A stretch of DNA of 64,000 nucleotides from Octopus bimaculoides (taxonomy: Eukaryota), in assembly GCF_001194135.2 (NCBI RefSeq), contig NC_068984.1:37624477-37688476 (forward strand), read 5' to 3'. This document shows, one piece after another, positions 26,140 to 38,164 of the stretch. The notes below the pieces were generated by a model, which saw only the letters and a list, made by a program, of their open reading frames with translations, had not been told where the DNA came from and ran no database searches. Each line of letters starts with the position of its first letter. The stretch's first letter is position 1. The position numbers and the translations under genes are program-made.

Positions 26140-28079
26140 CTGAAAAGTAACAACAATAGGAGAGAGTCTAATTGGTTGCTTAACATGTTAGAAATAGCAG
26201 TCACATTCATAGTCACATCTTATTACCTTTAAACAAGGAAGGATACATTAAATAATTCTTTCTACAATCAATGCACGACAAAGAAAGTTCAAGAGAGGGG
26301 CTGGTCGATAACATTGACCACAGTGCTCAACTAGTACTTGTTTTATCGATGCAAAAAAAAAATGCAAGGCAAAGTCGGTCTGGGCAAAATTTGAACTCAA
26401 AACCGGAAGAAATGCCGCTAAGTATTTGTCCGGCGTGCTAATAATTCTCCCAGCTCGCCACCTTAAGGGCTTAGTTAAGTAATCTTGGATATACTATATC
26501 TGGAGGAAAGAATAATGGAATCACAGCTGGAACCACTTTGATCATAAACGTACTAGTTTTGGGCCGAGTCGCAGTTAAACTACTACTACTGCTTATTATA
26601 TGCTATCTAATTCTTCCTTTGACCATTTTAGCTCGTGGATCGCGTAATTCTGAATGGCATCACTATTTTTTTTTCAATTTCTGGAGTATTATTTTCTCTA
26701 CATCTTTAAATGCACAATTTTATATATTTGCTTAGTAGTTTTACGATCATCGACGAACTCAGTAAATGCTTCGCCGATGAAGCCAGAAAACCGAAATATG
26801 TCTGGAGTTGTTTCCCATTGATGTCAGAAAATGAAGATGACAATGATTTGGGGGGTTTTTTGGGGTTTTTTTCACTCTGCTTATATAGTTCATGTTAGCT
26901 TTTCAACGTTACGTCTGTTAAACATACTGAGTTTGTACTTTAACATCTACCTACCTTAATTTTTCGACCGGATGGTGTCACTGCTTTATTTAATCTCTGA
27001 TAAATATATATATATATGAGTCGTACCTTGGCTTCCATCGTTGTCTCAGCACAGAATTGTAACTGGTACAGCTTCTAATTGTGTATAGCTGTTACAAAAG
27101 AACGTCTAGTCTGATGATGTAGTAGTTGCTACTGGTAGCATTAGTATTATTCCTGACCATATCATACGTCGTTGATGCTGCTGTTTTTAATGAATGTTCT
27201 CGTTACTGCTTTCTTCATTGTTTATGATACCGTTGTTTCAATTGCGTCGAAGCTGCTGTTGTTGTCATTGTCTTCGCCGCTGCTGTTGATGTCGTCATCG
27301 TCATTGTCGTCGTCGTTGTTATTGTTGTTGTTGTAAATTAGGCATTTGTTATCGTTATTGTTCTGACTTTTTCCTTCCTAGTTCTCCGAAAGCCGAGACT
27401 AGCTACTACCGTTGTATCCGGAGCTTCGCACTGTTACTTCCGCAGCCATATTGAACTATGCTTTTGCCGGCATTATTGGCAGACATCTATTTATAATTTA
27501 TTCTAGGGAGATGGTATCCATTAAATATCACCTTCTTTCATATTTTAACAGTAAAACAAAGCAAAATCCAACTAATGTCAGATGCCAACCAAATACTGTT
27601 ATACATTCCTAGATTTATTCGATATCTTGTTTCATTGGTAGATTTTAATGTTATAAAAATTATAAGAATAAATTTAATTATGACTATTTTTTTATTTACT
27701 CTCATTAGGAAAAACGATACTCATTAGGAAAAAACGATTTGAAGACTTCTGAGGTTTTTGAACTCAAAACCGGAAGAAATGCTGCTAAGTATTTGTCTGG
27801 TGTGCTAATAATTCTCCCAGCTCGCCACCTTAAGGACTCAGTAAAGTAAGCTTGGATATACTATGTCTGGATGAAAGGATAATGGAATCACAGCTGGAAC
27901 GACTTTGATCCACCCAAATTGATCAGATCAATGGCACGTCAGTAGGTCGAACAACTAGATTCCATAGACAGTTCCATTATTCCAGATATACCATGTCTCT
28001 GCTTAGTTCAGAACTATATTCTATAATCTGATTTTCAAGGATTAATCAATTGAAATGCAGATGGACAGGTTTCACACAT

Positions 28080-28650
28080 TGTACTATACAAATTTCTCGC
28101 GTACATTGTGGTGGTGGCCATAGAGGAGGTGGCCCGAGGGTGATAATTGCTATGTTCTTGTACATATTGTTGGTGATATTTATTCATCTCATGCTGCATT
28201 TAGAGATATTAATGTTTTGTTTGGTAATGTTTTGTTTTTTGAGCGAGTAGGAGAGATAATGGTTTTAGTATAGTGTTGTATGTTGTCGGTTGTTATTGGT
28301 GTTTGTTTCTTTCGGTTCCTTGCACTTATGATTTATTGTGGAAACTATGCGACCAGTCAAAATAAGCGTAGTCCATGAGGGATATATTTTTTGTGCATTA
28401 CTGTTGTTTCTTTGTGTTCGCCAATTCTGGTTCTTACATTAGGTCTGTATTTGCATGTGGTTTTGTTTTGTTTTCTTTATATTTTACGTATCTTGTGAAT
28501 ATTGTAAAGGTATTATCTAAAGGTGTAGAGAGACGATAACTTTGTCATGAGGTATTATTCCAGACATCATCGGTGGCTTTGTTGGTTTTAAAAGCAACAA
28601 CATAATCGTCTTCGATGTTTTCCAATGCTAGAGGAAACTAATATGTGACA
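28080..28650 (-). mobile_element. Highly decayed PLE-like remnant
   Basis: Minus strand FTIFTRYVKYK...TTCKYRPNVRTRIGEH resembles the PLE linker (KIF...VK.SY...PN....I..H). 28300-28335 resembles 24705-24740 of the PLE described above. Confidence 0.35.
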
Positions 28651-30973
28651 TAATAGTGACATATCCTTTCTATTTCTGGCTCTACAGAAACTATTGGTAG
28701 TTACTGAGAAATTAAGGGATTTCTGGATAAAGAAGGTTACTACTAGCAAATGTTTTCATAAGTTTTCAGAAATTGTAAGTAAGACTGACAACTACTTCGC
28801 AGAGTTCAGAGAAATCCCTTTTTTTTTTAAAAGATGTCATATTTCCACACATTGGCATATATTTTCATAGAATGAGAAAGTATGATTATTTTAGTACGAG
28901 TATGAAGCGAACTGATTGTTGATGGGCTGCAGTTATGGCAGAAGGTTTCATCCTCAATGACTGTCCACTCGTAGTTATGAGGCAGCTAGAATCGAGAAAA
29001 ATAAGTTTGGAAAAATTTTGTTGCATAAAAAGAAACTGGAAATGAAGCAGATATAAATGAGGTAGCTTTGACTGCAGGACTACTGCTAAAAGAGGCATCT
29101 TTAATGAATGCCCCCCAGTTGGTAGTGGTGGAAATATTTTTCAAGTATTGTAGGCAATATTTACCCATAAATTTCAGCGCAGATGTATGTGAACCAGGAG
29201 AAGGTGTGGGACTTGTGAACTTTGCTGGGTGAGGTATGTGAAATAACATAACTTGGCTGATGGTTTCAATCACCCAAAGATTCGATTCCACTTTTAGTCA
29301 GTGTAAAATTAACAGAGCTCGGATCGATTTAATGTATTAAATAATTCAGGGATGTATTGATTGTTGAATGGTAAAGAGATGTGGATTAATAGCTTTAACT
29401 AGAAATAGTTACATGAATCTATAAGGGCAGATACCGGTCGCAAAATAAAAGTTGGCGTTAGAGATAAGAAAGGTATTATAGATGTTTGGAGAATTGTTAA
29501 ACGAGTCAGAGGAACAGCGATGTGATGAGATAGATGGCGAGAGAATATATATAAAAGGAAAACCTAATTGGCAAGTTATACTCAATAGACAGAAACATTG
29601 GAAATCAAAGACACTGAAAAGTTACATATATTATAGAAACACAGAGATGGCCCTTCATGGAAGAGTTATTTTAGAAACATCGAAGAAAACCAGCTTGTAT
29701 TCATGGTTTACCCAAGAAAATATATTTATTTATTAATAGCTTGTATGTATGTATGTATGTATATGATTCTCTACGTCGGAGGATACAAAACTGGGCTAGT
29801 CTATGATAAGTAGCTTGGTGTTCTGAAATCAAATAATACTTCATCTTTCATCTCTCCATGCTCGATAAATAAGATGCAGTAATATTCTGGTATGAAATCA
29901 ACAATGCACTTCTTTGCTTTGATAAGTCTTTATGCAAGACAAAGAAAATATTTTCAACTTACGAGTGACTTTACACCATAACAATATAGAAATAAATTTT
30001 CTATGGCACTTTACCGTTTTATTTGTTTTTTCTATTGTTATGTAATAAAAGTATGAATTTCCGACTCGCTAGGCTACCAAATTACTATCTGAAAAATTCA
30101 TGTTTGATATTTTGTCACCGTTACTGCTTTGTGACTAACGCTCAAAGGCCCAGTCCACCTAGCTGTAAATATGTAACATAGGGTAGAAACAACTCAATGC
30201 TATAAGCAGTGAAAGCATCTTAATATTGATATTTTATTCGCTACCTTACACAATGGCGTTCAACTTTTTCCGTGGGTATATCTCGGAGATACGCCACGTC
30301 CAACCTGTCTTGTCCCAGATAATTACACGAAGAACTCAAATTATTCATTAAAGTCGTTTGATCACCCTTGATAAAGCATTGTTGTATCTATTTCTCACGA
30401 ATCAACAACAGAGCATGTACAAAGTTGCTCAACCTGATAGAAATAGCAGCTAAATCTCCCACAAAACGTACCCTGCCGTGTTAGATAAAAACAAATGGGG
30501 GGGCGCATTGGATAACGTAAAAGTACATACCTAGTCTACCGAGGTTAACCTGGAGATATACAACTACAGCATTCTTTAAATACTAACTGCTATACTTCAG
30601 ATTGGACATAAGCTCACGAACTAACTCCACTTTTATCACCGTCTCACTTGTAACACAATTTATAATAAAATAAAATGTCATTTCACAGTACTGTGCTTAA
30701 CAACGGCGGAATTATAGAATTATAGAATAGTTAGTGTCGGTCAAAGTGCCTCGTAGTATCTGTTCCGGTTCCTTATATTCTGATTTCAAATGCCACCAAT
30801 ATCTAATTTGCCTTTTACCCCTCCGGGAACAAAAGTACTAATCTAATTGTGATGTAATCGATTAACCTGTTCCCTCAAAATTGCTGATCTTGTGCCTAGG
30901 TTAGGAATAAACAATAATACCGCGTCTAATCTGTTATGGTGATATCATGGCGTGCAAATAAAGATACTCTACA

Positions 30974-30974
30974 G

Positions 30975-31071
<97 letters not shown>

Positions 31072-31072
31072 T
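30974..31072. repeat. (GTT)n-(GCT)n compound trinucleotide tract
   Basis: Directly visible; explains the poly-L and poly-N ORFs. Confidence 0.95.
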
Positions 31073-32275
31073 TCTGTTATTGTTGCTTTGTAACCCCAGC
31101 TCAATCGTGGATGAAAGAAAACCTGTGATCAAAGTCATACTATTTGTGACCATCTCGTATTTTTATTTATATCTAAGACTGCATTATACAATAAGACTGT
31201 AGGATATGATTTGAGAGAGAGATTAGATGCTATTTCTAGCAAGTTCAGCAATCAGGTAGAATCTCACATGGCACTGGAGTGGTTTCTTGTAATATTCTCT
31301 AAAGAATAAGATTCCTAAAGGAGAAATGAAATGAAATGAAGAATCGGTGACGGGAAATAAAACGAATTGAGTCTAACCAGAAACCGAAAACGGTTGTCTG
31401 TTACAGTTTGAAGTATCGGAAATAACATTCTAATCTATAACTTTCACCTAAATACTATTTGGAGAAAATTGAATTGTAACAGTATTAGTGCAAAACCAAA
31501 GAATAAACAAAAAACAAAAAGTAAGAAGGAAAGAAAAAATACAGAGAATGCTTGAATTTCCTAACCGTTTGACCTTAAGCAAAAAAATAAGTACCAACAA
31601 TATTTTTCAAACGCTGCATCTTGGGCGAAAGATTAATAAAATTATGACCCGTGGTGAAAACTTTTAGACAAAAGTGTTATAACTTGCTAACCTATATTAC
31701 GAGAAATACTATTCTTTTTGCTAAGATTAGCCATGTTGAAAATATTGTTGTTGCTAGTAGTTATAAACAGAAAGAAAATATTGCCACAGTGAAATACATT
31801 TCAACGCACAATTTAAATGGCAAAGGACATCTGAATAGAAAAAGCACATAAGTACAAGCACATATACATACATACATACATACATACATACATACATACA
31901 TACATACATACATACATACATACATACATACATACATACATACATCCGTGAGCGTGTGTATGTGTGTATGCATATATNNNNNNNNNNNNNNNNNNNNNNN
32001 NNNNNNNNNNNNNNNNNNNNNNNNNNNNNNNNNNNNNNNNNNNNNNNNNNNNNNNNNNNNNNNNNNNNNNNNNNNNNNNNNNNNNNNNNNNNATATATAT
32101 ATATATATACACACACACAGCGACACATGTACGCACACAAATATACATATATACATACACATAGGACGTGCATACACCCAAAAGCAGCGCAGATGCACAC
32201 ATATTCACACACGTATACATACATACAGATAGAAAATATTTATTGCTAGAAATTTGTGCAATACGTTTATATATA

Positions 32276-33189
32276 CAGGGGTTGGACAAAATAATGGGAA
32301 CACCTTAAAATTTCAAACAAATCTATTTTAATATGGGGTAAGACCGCCTTTGGCAGTAATTACACATTGAATTCTATGAAGTGTAGACTCGTGCAAAGTT
32401 TGAATTGTTTCCAAAGGAATCTTTGTCCATTCTTCAGCTAAAACAGTCTCAAGTTCTAGTAGTGATGATGGTGGATATCGACTCCTTGCTTGTCTTTCTA
32501 AAATGCACCATAAATGTTCAATAATATTGAGATCTAGGGACTGTGGTGGCCAAATAAGATGTTCAACTTCACTAGAATGTTCCTCGTGCTATTCAGTAAC
32601 AACTTTAGCTGTGTGAATTGGTGCATTATCATCCTGAAAGATTACGTTTCCCTGCGGAAACAGTTCTGCTACCATAAGATGAATTTGATCAGATAAAATG
32701 CTTAAATAGTTTTTATTAATTCTGCCATGAAGAAAAACCATTTGGGCCGGCGAATTTCTAAGGTATAGCCCCCGCCACCACCACCACCACCACCAGATCA
32801 TCACAGATCCTCCTCCATTTTTAACAGTTGGAAGAAGACAGTCTGAGTCAAATGCCTCTTTTAGGTGTCTCCACACGTATACTTGGCCGGTGGTCGGATA
32901 TAAAGTAAAGGATGACTCTTCTGAGAAGAATCTAGGGACCAATTCTGTAGGTTTTTACTCCCCTCTAAACGCTTTGCAACCTTTGTTTTTGAAAGTAGTG
33001 GTTCTCTGATTGCAGCCCTCCCGTGAAATCCGGCTTTATGCAGCTCCCAGCCAACAGTTCTTGTGGAAACTGGGTTCTCGAGGTGGTCATTAAGCTCTGC
33101 AGTAATTTTGGGAGCTGTACTTTTGTGATCCTTTCTAACAATTCGCGTAAAGAGTCCGACGGTCCCTATCTGAAAGTTTTGGTTTTCTT
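32276..33189 (-). mobile_element. Tc1-family DNA transposon; defective transposase, 5' end lost in a gap
   Basis: TA + TIR CAGGGGTTGGACAAAATAATGGGAACACC at 32276. Minus strand reads RKPKLSDRDRR...FSEESSF...PTVKNGGGSVMIW...FQDDNAPIHTA...WPPQSLDLNIIEHLW...AKGGLTPY* (stop at 32328-32330), with frameshifts and one internal stop. Confidence 0.95.
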
Positions 33190-33954
33190 NNNNNNNNNNN
33201 NNNNNNNNNNNNNNNNNNNNNNNNNNNNNNNNNNNNNNNNNNNNNNNNNNNNNNNNNNNNNNNNNNNNNNNNNNNNNNNNNNNNNNNNNNNNNNNNNNNN
33301 NNNNNNNNNNNNNNNNNNNNNNNNNNNNNNNNNNNNNNNNNNNNNNNNNNNNNNNNNNNNNNNNNNNNNNNNNNNNNNNNNNNNNNNNNNNNNNNNNNNN
33401 NNNNNNNNNNNNNNNNNNNNNNNNNNNNNNNNNNNNNNNNNNNNNNNNNNNNNNNNNNNNNNNNNNNNNNNNNNNNNNNNNNNNNNNNNNNNNNNNNNNN
33501 NNNNNNNNNNNNNNNNNNNNNNNNNNNNNNNNNNNNNNNNNNNNNNNNNNNNNNNNNNNNNNNNNNNNNNNNNNNNNNNNNNNNNNNNNNNNNNNNNNNN
33601 NNNNNNNNNNNNNNNNNNNNNNNNNNNNNNNNNNNNNNNNNNNNNNNNNNNNNNNNNNNNNNNNNNNNNNNNNNNNNNNNNNNNNNNNNNNNNNNNNNNN
33701 NNNNNNNNNNNNNNNNNNNNNNNNNNNNNNNNNNNNNNNNNNNNNNNNNNNNNNNNNNNNNNNNNNNNNNNNNNNNNNNNNNNNNNNNNNNNNNNNNNNN
33801 NNNNNNNNNNNNNNNNNNNNNNNNNNNNNNNNNNNNNNNNNNNNNNNNNNNNNNNNNNNNNNNNNNNNNNNNNNNNNNNNNNNNNNNNNNNNNNNNNNNN
33901 NNNNNNNNNGTATATGCTTGCATGCATCTATATGTGTTTTCTTCTGTTTCTAAC

Positions 33955-34140
33955 TCTGAGGAAGGAGCTGGTTTCTAACAAACATACAAGACTACATTTT
34001 TGAAATGTAGATAACAAAAGCAAATTCGCATTTTAAGCTTCAAAACAGTCTTTCATATTTTTACTGTTCCACTTGCAGATTGTATTTGTAATATTCGAAT
34101 TAACTGATTGATTTCTTTTACTGAAACCCAGTTTATTCAG
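33955..34140. repeat. Interspersed repeat, second copy at ~60385-60570
   Basis: Shared GGAGC(T/C)GGTTTC.AACAAA.ATACAAG...CATATTTTTACTGTTCCACT...CGAATTA. Confidence 0.7.
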
Positions 34141-34194
34141 ATTGTCACTTAAACATTTACTCACAAGATGAAGTGCACCAGTTATTATTGATAT

Positions 34195-35900
34195 AAATGT
34201 CATCTGGATACAGCAGCTGGAGGTTTCGAAGCAGTTGCCCGTAATTATCCTCTTTCTCTTTGATTTTCGAAGAGATATCTACATCCGCAGGACAGCTGAC
34301 CTCTGTTGCAGTACATACTTTTCCTTCTCATCCCAAAACAACAATATCCGGTTTGTTATGTTTACACTTGACAGAAATTTAGATCGGAATGCTCCACCAA
34401 CATTTCTTGTGCTAATGTTTGTGTACGTATACAATAACAAGATTCTCCGAATGTATTCCACGGCAGTCTTTTTTCGAATGTCATTGTATATTGTCATAGC
34501 GACAGTGATGACATAATCTACATTTTCGTTTGCTTCTTGGGGCTCCAAAGGTTTCACTGTCTCTTACTTATTAGGTATTTCGTAGCAATCTCCTCTTCTT
34601 GGATTTCAAATGTTTAACCTTCGAAGTGGCATGTGATGTAGCGGTCACGAGTCCAAGAAATGCTGCACTTCATGTTGATATTAGTCTACTATGAAGCCCT
34701 CAGGAAACATACCAATGCATAGTTTTGAGGGGGGGGTTTTTGTTTATTTCTTTCTTTCTTTCTTTTGGAGAGTTGCCAAGCGTTTCACATTCAGGTCTTT
34801 TTTGATGTACGTTATTCCAGCTGTTTCGGGGTTGCATAGGAGGTCATCAGGAAGAGAGTGCGACTTGAGAGCTTACTGCTAACACTAAGTTTATGGATTC
34901 ATTTTTACTGCTGTTGTTTATCAAGTGCTGCCAGAGAGAAACTATACGACATTCAAAGGCTATCCGCATTGATCTCAAGCCTCTACCTCCTTCATCGCTG
35001 CTTAGGTAGAGCCTGTCGATATCACTATTTCTGTGGAATTTTCCAGTTGATGTCAGGATCTTGCAGGTTTAATGTCTATTGAGTGGTTTCCCTCTACAGA
35101 CTAATCATGTATCACAAATGTTGGACCCAGCACTGGCACTGCAAATGCATTGTGGAATATTTTCTTGTAAGGAGAATTCCACCCGCCATATTTTTCTAAG
35201 CCTGGCATAATATTCTCAGATCACTCTATTTTTATTCCCAGTAACGTCGTATATACATAGGTAGTTGTAATATTCTTTGTGTGAAACAAGAGAGATAGTG
35301 GAACCATCGATACACAAGTTGTGGGGCCTGAAGGACTGACTTACCACATTCAAAAATCAAATATTTCTCTCTGCCAATTTCCATTTTTATGTCTACCGAA
35401 AATGCCATTATTAATGCAGCTGTTTTTTCTTTATGTTTTATTTATCTATGCATATTTTAATGTATGTTTTACTTATTTATCTATTGTTAAAATTTTAGCG
35501 CAAATCTTTCGGTCATCCACAAAGAGATTATGGGTTACATTCATATCTCTGGCAAATGCAGACCCTAACATGTAGCCATTTGATATTTGTAGATGGAATG
35601 ACAATGGAATACATTTATTGCGAAACTGAATAGAATTATGGAAAAACTATTCCCTCGAAGTATCCTCTTTGAAATACTTATAATCAATCCATACTGTTGC
35701 AAGTCTACGGTATTATCAAAAGTTGTTCAGCACATCCTCGCACTCCGATCTTTCCACCTACCTGCTCATCAGTCACTATGTTGTACTCACAGCGATCCAG
35801 GAGGAATTGGTGAGGCATCTTGCGTACAGTTTGTACATAATGTTTCCTGCCATCTTTCGTTCTCGGCCACCTAATTCGTCCGTACAATAGCAAGCCTATT
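34195..35900 (-). mobile_element. Decayed R4/Dong-like non-LTR retrotransposon (RT plus restriction-like endonuclease)
   Basis: NIMYKLYARCL / IVTDEQVGGKIGVRGCAEQLLI / TVWIDYK / VTHNLFVDD / FHRNSDIDRLYLSSDEGGRGL / IQEEEIATKYL / KHNKPDIVV...EVSCPAD...KEKEDNYGQL. Many stops and frameshifts. Confidence 0.9.
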
Positions 35901-35990
35901 TGGCATATCAATTTCACCTTCCGTAGTCCTTTTCAATATACATATTAATGGTTTTGTATGTATATACGTATATGATTTATGTATACATGA

Positions 35991-36069
<79 letters not shown>

Positions 36070-36587
36070 CACAGGGGTACAGTTACTGAAATACTGAGTT
36101 GAATGCTTTCAAATATAGGAAATTTCCCACCTTTGAAAAACACAATTGTATATTGAAACAACACTTTGGCAGGATATTATTTCCTTCAAAAATACATACC
36201 TAACATATTTCTGTATGTGTTTGTTCGTACATTACACAAAATATATAAGTGTATGCACATGTACAAATATACATATGCATGCATATTCATATAATGTACA
36301 CACGCATATACATGCATACACACATACATGTAAATATGTATGCATGTATGTTTGTTTGTATGTATGTATATATATGTGTGTGTATGTATGTGTGTACGGA
36401 TGTATGTATACCCGCCAATGTATACACACATCACAGAAGCACATACACACGTGCGCACGTGCGCACGCGCGCTCGCACACTTATGTATGGATGTATGTGA
36501 GCATGTATGTATATCGGTGTAAATATGTATGTCTGCGTGGGTGGAATCTGTATATAAGTGCATTTTTCCACGTATATTTATATGTGC

Positions 36588-36875
36588 GAAGGTACTTGGC
36601 CAAGTGGATATGGTGTTGCACGCACAATCGCAAGATTGTGGTTTCGATTCCCAGAAAGAGATTACGTTTATGCTTTTGAGCAAAACACTTTATTTCACAT
36701 TGCTGCAGTCCAGTCAACTGCAAATAGGTAATACTGCAACGGACTAGCGTTCCCTTCTTCCTTTCCGCAGGAATTTTGGCCTGCCTGCCTAGCCAGCCGG
36801 GTAGCATCATTTGAAAACTACAACAATGCGAAGAATTGTGACCAACGGTGTATAACAACATCCAGTCGCCTGGTC
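36588..36875 (+). mobile_element. tRNA-derived SINE
   Basis: TGGCCAAGTGG...GGTTTCGATTCC...TTTGAGCAAAACACTT. 3' end TTGTGACCA.CGGTGTATAACAACATCC is shared with the copy at 57333. Confidence 0.75.
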
Positions 36876-37297
36876 GATACGGTGCTGCGGTGATGCAGTG
36901 AAATATATATGTAAAATGAGCTAACGGAAATAACTCTCGGGACGGAAGAAGCACTTACATGAATATTTTAAGTCAAAGATGAATAAAGATATAATAAATG
37001 CCATACAAGACAGATTCTTGGTTTACTAAAATTATCTCGGGTATTGTTGAGAAGTCAAAGGATAATGGCAATTGGGCAATTGGAACATTTGTCGCAATTG
37101 GGACCAAATTCATGTGAGAAGAGGAGATAATCTCAAGAGTCAAGAACACTAAAAACTGCCTTGCCATTGGGGAAATAACCCGTCTAGACAAATTCGACAG
37201 CTGAGTTCTTGCTTGAATAGATTTCATTAACACTGCAGTTGTCGTCCTACCTTATCTCTAGCAGATGTGTTATCTCGGCTTACATATATGTATACAT

Positions 37298-37339
<42 letters not shown>

Positions 37340-37341
37340 AC

Positions 37342-37541
37342 TAAAATATGATAACAAGGCCAAGGCAATATGATATTTCTAGGATATACATTATTTACAT
37401 TATTTACAATTGACGGATATTTGTCCTCATCTTGCTTGTTGCTAACACGTTTCGGCTGATATACCTTCCAGCCTTCATCAGGTGTCTTGGGGAAATTCAG
37501 AACCTAGGTTCTCATTCCTAACGTATTTTTCGATGTTGTTG

Positions 37542-37598
<57 letters not shown>

Positions 37599-37858
37599 TC
37601 ACTGCCTGGAATCGAACTCGGAATCTTGGGGTTAGTTGTCCGCGATCTTAACCACTACGTCATATGCCCGAGATACAGAAAATATACAGGGATAGATGAA
37701 CGCTATTTGAACTTTACTAAATCCTTCTATTGAAACTCTTTTAACTCGTCTCTGATGACATGATATCATTTATTTCCCTGAGACAGCTGTAAGACCACCT
37801 TTCTCTTTATAAATATCCTAGAAATATTACATTGCCTTGCCCTTGTTATCATATTTTA
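37342..37858. repeat. 46-bp inverted repeat pair (37342-37387 and 37813-37858)
   Basis: TAAAATATGATAACAAGG(C/G)CAAGGCAAT(A/G)T(G/A)ATATTTCTAGGATAT; 43/46 identical by eye. Confidence 0.85.
37388..37670 (-). mobile_element. tRNA-headed short element carrying a hammerhead-like motif
   Basis: A box TGACGTAGTGG (37652-37662), B box GAGTTCGATTCC (37608-37619), an (AAT)n/(AAC)n spacer, hammerhead core at 37444-37486, and an AATAATGTA repeated tail. Confidence 0.7.
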
Positions 37859-38164
37859 TGTAACATATACACGCTCACACACGACCCGCCTTAGATTCCT
37901 CACTCATACTATTATTGAACAGGGAGTTTAACAGCGGTCCTTCCATAGCACTTATATAACCTTACCTGCCTTTTGAGTCTTCTGGATACCAAAACGTCTC
38001 ATTATATATATANNNNNNNNNNATATACATATGCATATATACATACATATATATAAATGTATGTATTATATACATATATACGTGTATATGTACATATGTA
38101 TGCTGATACATATAATATACATACTTGCATATATATATTTTTTTTTATTTATTTATTTATTTAT

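Noticed and set aside
34820-34850. CUGAUGA...GAAAC-AGCU on the minus strand resembling a hammerhead
   Set aside because: No stem II and no NUH triplet; it lies inside R4-like coding sequence.
37600-37670. Possible genuine tRNA gene (likewise heads at 1550, 36588 and 57333)
   Set aside because: A and B boxes are present but I could not fold a complete cloverleaf with an acceptor stem, and each runs into a repeat body; treated as SINE heads.
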